From the NCBI GenBank assembly GCA_050261575.1, contig JBLNDL010000058.1, positions 1 to 64,000 of the forward strand: DNA of 64,000 bases, read 5' to 3'. Below are positions 36,630-45,058 of the stretch, in pieces. Every line of letters starts with the position of its first letter. Within the stretch, counting starts at the first letter, position 1. The DNA comes from Sphingomonadaceae bacterium (GTDB taxonomy: Bacteria > Chloroflexota > UBA6077). Made by a program: the position numbers and the translations under genes. The notes below the pieces were generated by a model. The model had not been told where the DNA came from, did no database searches, and saw only the letters and a list, made by a program, of their open reading frames with translations.

Positions 36630-37019
36630 TCACCTGAACAGCGGAACGACCATCAGGTAGGCCCCAGGGATGAACAGCAGGAGGAACAGCACCAGGACGC
36701 CCCAGAACAACCCCTCCTGGTTGAGGGTGCCCCAGTCCGAGAAGTCGATGATCGTCACCCTAATGCCGTTTATGGCGTGAAAAAGGAGTGAGCCCAGCAG
36801 CCCCACCTGCAACACCCTGAAGAACGGCTGGTGCCAGAAGTTGGCGAGTGCATCGTAGGCCGCCGGCCCCCAGCTAAGTACCGCCGTGTCGATGACATGG
36901 AGCAGCAGGAAGAAGATCACTCCCAGGCCAGTGATACGGTGCAGAAGCTGCGCCCACTGCCCCGCCTGGCCCTTGTAGTTGGCGAACCAAGTCCACGATC
37001 GTCCGCGGTTTATGCTCAC
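36630..37019 (-). CDS. sdhC: Complex II cytochrome b556 subunit (operon 2)
   Basis: YKGQAGQWAQLLHRITG, HVID, FHAINGIR...D; GGAGG RBS and GTG 37019. Confidence 0.9.
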   Translation of the reverse strand: MSINRGRSWTWFANYKGQAGQWAQLLHRITGLGVIFFLLLHVIDTAVLSWGPAAYDALANFWHQPFFRVLQVGLLGSLLFHAINGIRVTIIDFSDWGTLNQEGLFWGVLVLFLLLFIPGAYLMVVPLFR

Positions 37020-37166
37020 CGCCCACCTCCCCCAGGAATCGCCGAAAACCACCAAGACACGAAGAAGCGAGTTGCGAGACAGGGAAACCCATCGGTGACG
37101 TCGCGTGCTGGTGGCTTCGACACAGGCCGCTGCCGGAGCGCCGACCGGCATCTGGATGATCTTTGT

Positions 37167-37183
37167 TGCGAGAACCGTGCCAG
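37167..37183 (-). promoter_or_regulatory. Sigma54-like -24/-12 promoter for sdh operon 2
   Basis: CTGGCACGGTTCTCGCA, close to the YTGGCACG-N4-TTGCW consensus. Confidence 0.55.
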
Positions 37184-37231
37184 GACCGGGGGGCGGGGGA
37201 ATGCAGGGACGGGGGGACCGGGAGACGCTGA

Positions 37232-37275
37232 GCCTCCCTCTCCCCCTGGGAGAGGAGTGAAGGGAGAGGGGAGGC
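37232..37275. repeat. CCCTCTCCC/GGGAGAGG palindromic extragenic repeat
   Basis: GCCTCCCTCTCCCCCTGGGAGAGGAGTGAAGGGAGAGGGGAGGC. Confidence 0.45.
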
Positions 37276-37515
37276 GCGGCGCTGCGGCCGCTAGCGTCGC
37301 GGGGTGAGGCAGAGAAGGGGGACACGGAGGCTCGAAGAGGAGCCAGAGGACGCCGCAACACGTGGAGCGGGAGCTTATCCCTGTCGCAGCCCGTCTTCGA
37401 AGCTACGTATCGTTCGGCGCGCCAGGGGGGGGCGCAGAAGCGAGAGGATGGGCGAGACAGATGGCATCCGGCGTATCCTGTGTGGCCCTTCTCTACGTCC
37501 CCCCGGCCCCGCCTC

Positions 37516-39351
37516 TCAAACCCGCAGTATCTCGGCGCACTGCTCGAAGCGCCCGAAGGAGGGCATCAGGTACACCCCCTGGACGTAGGAGCGAGCCTCC
37601 TGCAGGAACTCCCGCGCCAGGGCTACCCCCTCCTGCATCCCGTGCTCGCCCGCATCCCGCATCCGCTGCCGGATGGGGCCGGGGATCGTTATCCCGGGCA
37701 CCTCGTTGTGCAGGTACTCCGCGTGGCGAGAACTCTGGAGCGGCAGCACCCCCAACAAGATCGGCACATCCACCCGGCCAACCCTGTCCAGGGTCCGCTT
37801 CAGGGTATCCAGGTCGTACACCGGCTGGGTCATCACGAAGTCGGCGCCGGCTTCCAGCTTCTTGCGGAACCGCTCCAGCTCCAGATCCAGGTCGTCCGCG
37901 TTGGGGTTGAGCGCGCAGCCCACCAGGAAGTTGGTCGGCTCCCCTATGGAGTTGCCCCGCCAGTCCCTTCCCTCGTTGAGCCGTTTGACTATCTGGATCA
38001 GGCCGATGGAGTCCACGTCGTAGACGGCGGTGGCGCCGGGGTAGTCACCCAGACGCGGAGGGTCCCCCGTGAGCGCCAGGATCGCCCGGATGCCGACCGC
38101 ATGGGCACCGATCAACTCCGACTGGATCGCCATCAGGTTCCGGTCACGCGTGGTGAAATGGAGGATGGTCTCCACCCCGACGTGCTGCTTCACCAGGAAT
38201 CCCAAGGCAAGGCAGCTCATCCGCACCCGAGCCATGGGGCTGTCCGCGATGTTGACGGCGTCGACCCCCACCTCGTTCAGCATCGCCGCCGCCTTCAGCA
38301 GCTTGCTGGGGTTCACCCCCTTCGGAGGATCCATCTCCACGCTGACCAGAAACTTCTTCCCCAGCTTTTCCGCGAGGGGGGACGGCTCACCCGCGCTGGC
38401 CACGACCTCCGGCTTCACAACCGGGGCCGTCCAGACGCCAGGCTGCGGCTCCGCTGGGCACAACCCCGCCAGGGCGACCTTCATAGCCGCGATATGCGCC
38501 GGAGTCGTTCCGCAGCAGCCGCCCACAAGCGACGCCCCCTCTTCGGCGAATCTGCGAGCGTACTCTCCCATGTAGCTAGGTGTGGAGCGATAGACGAAGC
38601 GACCGCCTACCAGGGCCGGCAGGCCGGCGTTCGGCATCGCCGAGACGAGGCCTCCCCCCGCGGCGACCATCCTCTGGACCACCTCCAGCATAGGCTGGGG
38701 GCCGACGCTGCAGTTGACGCCCACCACGTCGGCGCCCAGCGATCGAAGCTGCTGGACCACCTCCTCGGGGGTCGCCCCGGAGGCCGTGAGCAGGTCCTCG
38801 GCCATCGTCACCTGGGCCACCACGGGCAGACTGCAAACGCTCCTCGCTGCCCGCAGGGCGACCGCCAACTCCTCCAGGTCCGGAAAGGTCTCCAGGATGA
38901 TCAGGTCGACTCCCCCCTCCAGCAGCCCGCCGATCTGCTCCTGGAAGGCCGAAAAGGCCTCCTCCGGGCGGATCTGCCCGATTGGCCAGAGGGGCTTCCC
39001 CAGAGGCCCCACAGAGCCGGCCACGAACACCTCCTGGCCGGAGATCTCCCTGGCGGACCTGGCCACCTTGGCAGCGTGAAGGTTGATGTCACGAACCCTC
39101 TCCTCGAGGCCATGCTCCGCAAGCTTCAACCAGTTGGCGCCGAAGCTGTTGGTCTCGATCAGTTCGGCCCCCGCCGCGATGTAGGCCCGATGGATCTCTT
39201 CCACCAGCGACGGGTTGGTCAGGGTGACCTCGTCGAGACATCGCTCGTAGGAGACCCCCCGGTCGTACAGCATGGTACCCATGGCCCCGTCCGCCAGCAT
39301 CAGCCCGCGCCGAAGCCGCTCCAGAAACGGACTATGCAATGTTGCCCCCAT
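37516..39351 (-). CDS. yitJ: Bifunctional homocysteine S-methyltransferase/5,10-methylenetetrahydrofolate reductase
   Basis: ADGAMGT, ETNSFGAN, GVNCS, GGCCGTTP in the HMT domain; VEMDPP, DSPMAR, HFTTRDRN, GADFVMTQP, HNEVPG in the MTHFR domain. Confidence 0.93.
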   Translation of the reverse strand: MGATLHSPFLERLRRGLMLADGAMGTMLYDRGVSYERCLDEVTLTNPSLVEEIHRAYIAAGAELIETNSFGANWLKLAEHGLEERVRDINLHAAKVARSAREISGQEVFVAGSVGPLGKPLWPIGQIRPEEAFSAFQEQIGGLLEGGVDLIILETFPDLEELAVALRAARSVCSLPVVAQVTMAEDLLTASGATPEEVVQQLRSLGADVVGVNCSVGPQPMLEVVQRMVAAGGGLVSAMPNAGLPALVGGRFVYRSTPSYMGEYARRFAEEGASLVGGCCGTTPAHIAAMKVALAGLCPAEPQPGVWTAPVVKPEVVASAGEPSPLAEKLGKKFLVSVEMDPPKGVNPSKLLKAAAMLNEVGVDAVNIADSPMARVRMSCLALGFLVKQHVGVETILHFTTRDRNLMAIQSELIGAHAVGIRAILALTGDPPRLGDYPGATAVYDVDSIGLIQIVKRLNEGRDWRGNSIGEPTNFLVGCALNPNADDLDLELERFRKKLEAGADFVMTQPVYDLDTLKRTLDRVGRVDVPILLGVLPLQSSRHAEYLHNEVPGITIPGPIRQRMRDAGEHGMQEGVALAREFLQEARSYVQGVYLMPSFGRFEQCAEILRV

Positions 39352-39357
39352 CCCAGA

Positions 39358-39420
39358 CAGGTATCTCTAGATAGAGTCCGCGTTTCCCGCCTGAAGTAGA
39401 CATGAACTAGAGATACCTGC
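39358..39420. mobile_element. MITE-like repeat, copy D (inverted orientation)
   Basis: CAGGTATCTCTAGATAGAG...CGTTTCCCGCCTGAAGT.GACATGAACTAGAGATACCTGC matches the reverse complement of copies B/C. Confidence 0.8.
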
Positions 39421-39437
39421 TTAGCTGACCGCTCATC

Positions 39438-39474
39438 ACAAACGAACCGGGGAAGCTACCGTCAGCTTCCCCGG
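39438..39474 (-). terminator. Intrinsic terminator between ferredoxin and yitJ
   Basis: 11-bp stem CCGGGGAAGCT/AGCTTCCCCGG, 6-nt loop, followed by TTCGTTTGT on the minus strand. Confidence 0.7.
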
Positions 39475-39566
39475 AGTCCACACGTCGCTGAATCGCAGAG
39501 CGGGTAGCCGGTTCCCATCCCTGCCCGCGACCGGGTATCGGAACGTCTCGCCAGATCCCCTCGGTG

Positions 39567-39755
39567 TTACGCCTTTACGCAGGCATCCACCGGGCAGACG
39601 GCAGCGCACTGCTGCGTGTCGAAGGACCCCTCGCACTCTTTGCACTTGCTGGCATCGATCTCGTAGTACTCCGCACCCTGGCTGATCGCCTGGTTCGGGC
39701 ATACCGACTCGCAAGCGCCGCAGCTTATGCAGTCCTCGGTGATCTTGAAGGCCAT
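39567..39755 (-). CDS. 2[4Fe-4S] ferredoxin (YfhL/Allochromatium type), 62 aa
   Basis: [20 protein letters not shown]...[18 protein letters not shown]; strong AGGAGG RBS. Confidence 0.93.
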   Translation of the reverse strand: MAFKITEDCISCGACESVCPNQAISQGAEYYEIDASKCKECEGSFDTQQCAAVCPVDACVKA

Positions 39756-39924
39756 CCTACCCTCTCCTCCTACCTGCTGTTTCTCCCCATCACGGACCCT
39801 CACGCCGTCCGCGGCCCGGCCAACCGCCACCTCTGGGATCCGCGTGGGCAACGTCGGAACCACCGGCTCGACGGGCGGCCGAAGGGCGCCGCGGCCCGCC
39901 GGAATCGCCTCGTGAGTGCCAGCC

Positions 39925-39953
39925 ATGATAATCACAGTTCTATTCCGCGTCAA
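39925..39953 (-). promoter_or_regulatory. Sigma70 promoter for ferredoxin
   Basis: TTGACG-N17-TATCAT. Confidence 0.65.
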
Positions 39954-40004
39954 CAGCAGCGAGTTGTGGTAGTCTAGCATCAGCCTTTGCTGGAGGGATC
40001 TGCC

Positions 40005-40946
40005 ATGCCCCTGGACCCACAGGTTAAAGCACTGATCGAGCAGGCGGCCGCCGCGGGGCTTCCCCCCTACCCCAGCCTCACACCAGTCGAGGCTCGCCAA
40101 GTCATGATGATGCGAACGGCATCCATCGCAGGCGACCCACCCACCGTCGCCAGGGTAGAGGACCGATGGATAGCCGGGCCGGGCGGCCCCCTGCGAGTGC
40201 GACTCTACACGCCCGCCGGCCGGGATCCCTTCCCCATCCTGGTCTACTTCCACGGGGGTGGATTCGTCGTCGGCAACGTGGACACGCACGACAGCCTCTG
40301 CCGTGCCATCGCCAACGCCGGTGGCTGCATCGTGGCATCGGTGGACTACCGCCTCGCGCCGGAGCACAAGTTCCCGGCCGCGGTGGAGGACGCATACGCC
40401 GCCACCCGGTGGGTCGCGGGCAACGCCGCACTCCTGGGCGGCGACCCCGACCGTCTCGCCGTGGGTGGAGACAGCGCGGGCGGCAACCTGGCCGCCGTGG
40501 TGGCCCTCCGCGCCCGAGACGAGGAGGGCCCCCGGATCCGCCACCAGCTACTCATCTACCCGGTAACGGACTACAGCTTCGATACCCCCTCCTATCGGGA
40601 GAACGGCTCGGGCTACATGCTCAGCCGCGCAGACATGGAGTGGTTCTGGGCCCACTACCTCGCCAGCGAAGCGGACGGCCGCCATTTCCACGCCTCGCCC
40701 CTGCGAGCGGAGGATCTGAGCGGACTGCCTCCCGCGCTGGTGCTCACCGCGGAGTTCGATCCCCTGCGGGACGAGGGCGAGGCATTCGCGGCCAGGCTGT
40801 GGGACTCGGGCGTCCCCGTGACCCTCACCCGGTACGAAGGAATGGTCCACGGGTTCGTCCGGTTCCTCAGCACCCTGGACGCGGCCAAGAAGGCCGTGGA
40901 TCAGATTGGAGAGGCGCTGCGGGAGGCGTTCCCCGGCTGCGGGTAG
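40005..40946 (+). CDS. Alpha/beta hydrolase, HSL-family esterase
   Basis: [29 protein letters not shown]. Confidence 0.95.
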   Translation: MPLDPQVKALIEQAAAAGLPPYPSLTPVEARQVMMMRTASIAGDPPTVARVEDRWIAGPGGPLRVRLYTPAGRDPFPILVYFHGGGFVVGNVDTHDSLCRAIANAGGCIVASVDYRLAPEHKFPAAVEDAYAATRWVAGNAALLGGDPDRLAVGGDSAGGNLAAVVALRARDEEGPRIRHQLLIYPVTDYSFDTPSYRENGSGYMLSRADMEWFWAHYLASEADGRHFHASPLRAEDLSGLPPALVLTAEFDPLRDEGEAFAARLWDSGVPVTLTRYEGMVHGFVRFLSTLDAAKKAVDQIGEALREAFPGCG

Positions 40947-41023
40947 GTGCACGTTCGGCCCAACCGTGATATCTTGTTGCAGGTCCATCCATTGCCATCT
41001 CCAAGGCGAGAGAGGAGGAAGCT

Positions 41024-42295
41024 ATGGCAGACTTCGAGAGAGCCCGCCAACTGATGCGGGAATTCCAGGGGGACAAGTACCACTTCGGATCCGGCGTGCT
41101 GGGCAAGGCCGGCCAGGTAACCGCTGAACTCGGCAAGCGTGCGGCCTTCGTCTACGACGTCTTCCCTGGCAACGAGGTCTTCGTCAACAGGATCAAGGAT
41201 TCCCTGGCCTCGGCCGGCGTCGAGGTGGTCGCCGGCATCGAGGGGGCACGCCCCAACGCGCCCAGGGAGGATCTGGCGCGCATCACCGACGAGGTGAAGG
41301 CCGCCAACCCCAACGTCATCGTGGTGATGGGTGGCGGCAGCACCATCGACGCCGTCAAGTCCGCGGAGGTCCTGCGCACCCTGGGCGGCTCCATTACCGA
41401 TTACTTCGGTACCGGCAAGGTAACCGAGAAGCTGAAGGCAACCGGCAAGACCCTCACCCCGGTAGTTGCCATCCAGGCGGCGGCCAGCACTGGCGCCCAC
41501 CTCACGAAGTACTCCAACATCACCGACGTGGCCTCTGGCCAAAAGAAGCTGGTAGTGGACCCCGCCATCGTCCCAACGCGTGCCATCTTCGACTACGACA
41601 TGACGCGGTCGATGCCGCCGGGCTTCACCGCCGACGGCGCCCTGGATGGCGTCTCCCACTGCCTGGAGGTGCTCTTCGACTCCATGGGCAAGCCCTACCA
41701 TCAGAAGATGATGGAGGTGGCCGAGGTCGGGATCCGGCTGGTGGTTCGGTACCTCGAGCGGGCGATGAAGGATGGGAACGACATGGAAGCCCGCACCGCC
41801 CTCGGTCTGGCAACCGACCTGGGCGGCTACGCCATCATGCTGGGCGGCACCAACGGCGCTCACCTCACCAGCTTCTCCCTGGTGGACATCCTGAGCCACG
41901 GCCGCGCCTGCTACATCATGAACCCCTACTACACCGTCTTCTTCTCTCCAGTGGTGGAGGAGCCGCTGCGAATGGTCGGGAAGATCTTCAAGGATGCAGG
42001 CTTCACGGCTGCCAACATCGAGCGGCTGAAGGGTCGAGATCTGGGGATGGCCGTTGCCGAGGCGATGATCGCCCTCAGCCACAAGATCGGTTTCCCGGCG
42101 ACCCTGGGCGAGGTGAAGGGTTTCACCGACGAGCACATCAAGAGGGCGCTCACGGCAGCCAAGGACCCGGCCCTCAAGATGAAGCTCGAGAACATGCCGG
42201 TGCCGATGACGGCCGAGATGGTGGACGAGTACATGGCCCCCATCCTGGAGGCCGCTAAGACCGGAAACCTGAACCTCATCAAGAACGTAGCCTAG
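41024..42295 (+). CDS. Iron-containing alcohol dehydrogenase family protein
   Basis: GGGSTIDAVK, DGVSHCLE, GAHLTS...SHG; AGGAGG RBS. Confidence 0.88.
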   Translation: MADFERARQLMREFQGDKYHFGSGVLGKAGQVTAELGKRAAFVYDVFPGNEVFVNRIKDSLASAGVEVVAGIEGARPNAPREDLARITDEVKAANPNVIVVMGGGSTIDAVKSAEVLRTLGGSITDYFGTGKVTEKLKATGKTLTPVVAIQAAASTGAHLTKYSNITDVASGQKKLVVDPAIVPTRAIFDYDMTRSMPPGFTADGALDGVSHCLEVLFDSMGKPYHQKMMEVAEVGIRLVVRYLERAMKDGNDMEARTALGLATDLGGYAIMLGGTNGAHLTSFSLVDILSHGRACYIMNPYYTVFFSPVVEEPLRMVGKIFKDAGFTAANIERLKGRDLGMAVAEAMIALSHKIGFPATLGEVKGFTDEHIKRALTAAKDPALKMKLENMPVPMTAEMVDEYMAPILEAAKTGNLNLIKNVA

Positions 42296-42324
42296 CTACA
42301 GGCCCACTTCGAAAAGCGAACACG

Positions 42325-42364
42325 GAGAGACCCGGAGTGGATCACCTCCGGGTCTCTCTGTTGT
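42325..42364 (+). terminator. Intrinsic terminator after Fe-ADH
   Basis: GAGAGACCCGGAG-N8-CTCCGGGTCTCTC, then TGTTGT. Confidence 0.65.
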
Positions 42365-42430
42365 CTCGCGTATGCAACATCCGCCAAACGGCCACCCCCG
42401 CCACGGCGGAGTTCCTGGGACGGCATGGTC

Positions 42431-42472
42431 AGGCCGCCAATCACCTCCGATACGTGAAAGCTGGCGGCCTAC
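42431..42472 (-). repeat. GTAG-headed REP-like palindrome overlapping the aminotransferase stop
   Basis: Minus strand GTAGGCCGCCA...TGGCGGCCT. Confidence 0.5.
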
Positions 42473-43608
42473 AGCTCCCTCAAATACCTCCCCAGCCGCC
42501 CGATCCCCTCCTCGATCCGCTCCAGCGACGTCGCGTACGAGAAGCGCAGATAGCCCTCGGCGTTGCTGCCGAAGTCGATCCCCGGTGCCACCGCCACCCG
42601 AGCGTTGCGCAGCAGCTCGAAGGCGAACGACAGGGAATCGGAGGTGTACTTCCGGGCGTTGACCAGCACGTAGAAGGCCCCAGTCGGCGGATGCGGGATC
42701 TCGAAACCGAGCCCTCGGAGCCCCTCCAGCAGGCGCAGCCGCCGCTCCGCGTAGGTCCGCTTCATCTTCTCCACGTCGGGCCCGGCCTCCTTCAGCGCCG
42801 CCACGCCGGCCCACTGCACGAAGGCGTTCGCGGAGATGAAGAAGTTCTGCTGGATCTTCTGCATGGCCCTGATGATCTCGCGCGGCGCGATGACGTAGCC
42901 CAGCCTCCAGCCCGTCATCGCGTACAGCTTGGAGAATCCGTTCAATACGCAGGCTCGGTCGGTGAACTCCAGGATGGAGTGTTCCTTGCCCTCGTACACC
43001 AGGCCGTGGTAGATCTCGTCGGAGACCACTATCGGCCCCAGATCGGCGATCTGCCTCATCCGCTCCGCATCCAGCACCACACCGGTCGGGTTCGAGGGCG
43101 AGTTGATCATGATGGCCTTGGTGCGGGGACCGATTCTCTCGCGGATCGCCCCCGCCCGAAGCTGGTACCCCTCCGACTCCAGCGCGTCCACGTAGACGGG
43201 AACGCCATCGGCGAAGGTGACGAAGTTGGGGTAGCACGCGTAGTAGGGATTGGATAGCACCACTTCATCCCCCGCCTCGAGCAAGACGGAGTAGAGCATG
43301 AACAGCGCGGGGGAGGTCCCGACGGTGACCATCACCTGGTCGGGATCGACCTTCACGCCGTATCTGCGGTGGTAGTCCTCGCAGATGGCCTCCCGCAGCT
43401 CCAGGATGCCGAGGCTGTGGGTGTAGTGGGTCTTGCCATCGCGCATGGCTCTGGCGGCGGCCTCCCGAATGCAGGCCGGCGTGTCGAAATCCGGCTCGCC
43501 CACCTCCATGTGGACGATGTCGGCGCCCTCCTTCTGGAGCCGCTCCGCCTCCTCCAGCACCTCCATTGCCAAGAAGGGGGAGACGTCGGATCGCCTGGTC
43601 TTCGTCAT
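42469..43608 (-). CDS. PLP-dependent aminotransferase class I/II (aspartate aminotransferase-like)
   Basis: GEPDF, NSPSNPTG, SDEIY, NGFSKLYAMTGWRLG. TGcTATAAT at 43727-43735. Confidence 0.93.
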   Translation of the reverse strand: MTKTRRSDVSPFLAMEVLEEAERLQKEGADIVHMEVGEPDFDTPACIREAAARAMRDGKTHYTHSLGILELREAICEDYHRRYGVKVDPDQVMVTVGTSPALFMLYSVLLEAGDEVVLSNPYYACYPNFVTFADGVPVYVDALESEGYQLRAGAIRERIGPRTKAIMINSPSNPTGVVLDAERMRQIADLGPIVVSDEIYHGLVYEGKEHSILEFTDRACVLNGFSKLYAMTGWRLGYVIAPREIIRAMQKIQQNFFISANAFVQWAGVAALKEAGPDVEKMKRTYAERRLRLLEGLRGLGFEIPHPPTGAFYVLVNARKYTSDSLSFAFELLRNARVAVAPGIDFGSNAEGYLRFSYATSLERIEEGIGRLGRYLREL

Positions 43609-43644
43609 CGCTACCTGGGCCTCCTTGGTGAGGCTGGTGGGGCT

Positions 43645-43694
43645 AACCACGGAGACATGGAACAACCCTGGAGAGACTCCGTATCTCCGTGGTT
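43645..43694. repeat. Extragenic inverted repeat (ACCACGGAGA/TCTCCGTGGT type)
   Basis: AACCACGGAGACATGGA ... TCCGTATCTCCGTGGTT, 17-bp arms with 2 mismatches, in the aminotransferase leader. Confidence 0.55.
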
Positions 43695-43727
43695 CTTCCA
43701 CCGAAATCAGGGGACAAGCGAGGAAGA

Positions 43728-44858
43728 TTATAGCACCTTCGTCCGCTCGATGACCTCGCGGTACAGCTCCAGATGGCGCATCGCCGTCCTCTCCACCGAC
43801 ACCTCTTCCGCGTAGCGGCGTGCCTTGTCACTCAACTCCCGGCGCAGCCCGTCGTCGCGCAGCAGCTTCACCACCGCGTCGCGGAAGCCGTCGGCATCCT
43901 CGGGATCGAGCAGGATCCCCGCGCCGCTGGACTCCACATAGCTCCTCAAGCCGCCAACCGCGCTGGCCACCACCGGCGTGCCCACGGCGCTTGCCGCCAT
44001 GGAGGGGCCGGAGGCCGCCGCCGACTGGTACGGAAGCACCAGCACGTCGAAGCTTGCCACCAGCTCCAGGAACCCCTCGCTATCCAGCAGCACCGGCAGG
44101 TACAGAATGGAGTCCCTCCGCGGGCTTGCGGCGATGGCAGCCCGAAGCTGCTCCGCGTAGCGCTCCCCCTCTACGCTGCCCGGCCTCGGCGCGCATGCCA
44201 CCACCAAGAGGGCATCGGGCGACACCCGGTCGGCAATGTCGGCCCAGAGGCTCACGAACCAATCGTACCGCTTGTACCACTCCGGGTAGCCCACCATGCC
44301 AACCACCAGACGCCCGGGATAGCCGAAACGAGCCTTGGCGTTGGGGAAGTAGGCCACCTTGGGCGCCATGTGCGGAACGACTCGCACCTCGCCAGACGGG
44401 CGAGCGGCGTAGGGTGTGTGGATGATGCTGGCCCCCACCAGCCTGCCCACCGCGTCGATGTAGGCCAGACGATCCGGCACATCCTCGTTGTCGGAGTGCA
44501 TCGTCATCACCACCGGCTGGCCCGCCACCTTCCATCCGAAGAGCGGCACCGCCAACTCGAACGCGTCTGGCGCGAGCGTGCCACGAGGCACGCCGTAGCG
44601 GCGCCTGGCGTACAGCCCGTACTCGAACTGAATATGGACCACGTCCGGCCGCAGCCTCTCAACCTCCCGCTCCAACGCCGTGTACCACTCGGGCTGCTCC
44701 AAGTCGATCACGGGATGGACCGAGGTCGCGGCGGCGGCGTCGCTGTGGCAGATCACCTCCACGTCGTGGCCCTGCCGGCGCATCTCCTCCACCAGCGGCC
44801 GGGTGTAGGTGTAGATGCCGCAGTGCCTGTCCCAACTGGTAACCATCGCTATCTTCAC
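43728..44858 (-). CDS. Glycosyltransferase family 4
   Basis: CGIYTYT, PDVVHIQFEYG, VLVLPY...SG, GTPVVASAVGG. Confidence 0.85.
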   Translation of the reverse strand: MKIAMVTSWDRHCGIYTYTRPLVEEMRRQGHDVEVICHSDAAAATSVHPVIDLEQPEWYTALEREVERLRPDVVHIQFEYGLYARRRYGVPRGTLAPDAFELAVPLFGWKVAGQPVVMTMHSDNEDVPDRLAYIDAVGRLVGASIIHTPYAARPSGEVRVVPHMAPKVAYFPNAKARFGYPGRLVVGMVGYPEWYKRYDWFVSLWADIADRVSPDALLVVACAPRPGSVEGERYAEQLRAAIAASPRRDSILYLPVLLDSEGFLELVASFDVLVLPYQSAAASGPSMAASAVGTPVVASAVGGLRSYVESSGAGILLDPEDADGFRDAVVKLLRDDGLRRELSDKARRYAEEVSVERTAMRHLELYREVIERTKVL

Positions 44859-44885
44859 GGCTTGGCCTCCAGCAGGTCGCCGACA

Positions 44886-44918
44886 GTAGACGCGCCTCTC
44901 GAGACGAGAGGCGCGTCT
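44886..44918. repeat. GTAG-headed REP-like hairpin
   Basis: GTAGACGCGCCTCTC-GAGAC-GAGAGGCGCGTCT. Confidence 0.55.
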
Positions 44919-45058
44919 TTATGTGGTCAATAGCGCTAAATCCTGCTAACCATACTATACAGCCTGGTGGCGCCGCCCGCAATGGCCTCGGCCAGCCTCC
45001 CTGCAGCCGCAGGCCTGCGCGCCGAAGGGTGCGGCCACGCTGGCAGGCCCCCGCACCC

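Noticed and set aside
37480..39399. 639-aa plus-strand ORF
   Set aside because: Antisense shadow of yitJ, typical of high-GC DNA.
39430..39566. SAM-I, SAH, THF, ZTP or cobalamin riboswitch upstream of yitJ
   Set aside because: Conserved cores not found by eye; kept only as an unknown-attenuator hypothesis.
39794..39920. 6S or SRP RNA
   Set aside because: Too short for 6S, no symmetric central bubble, and no SRP domain IV GGAA/GCAG motif.
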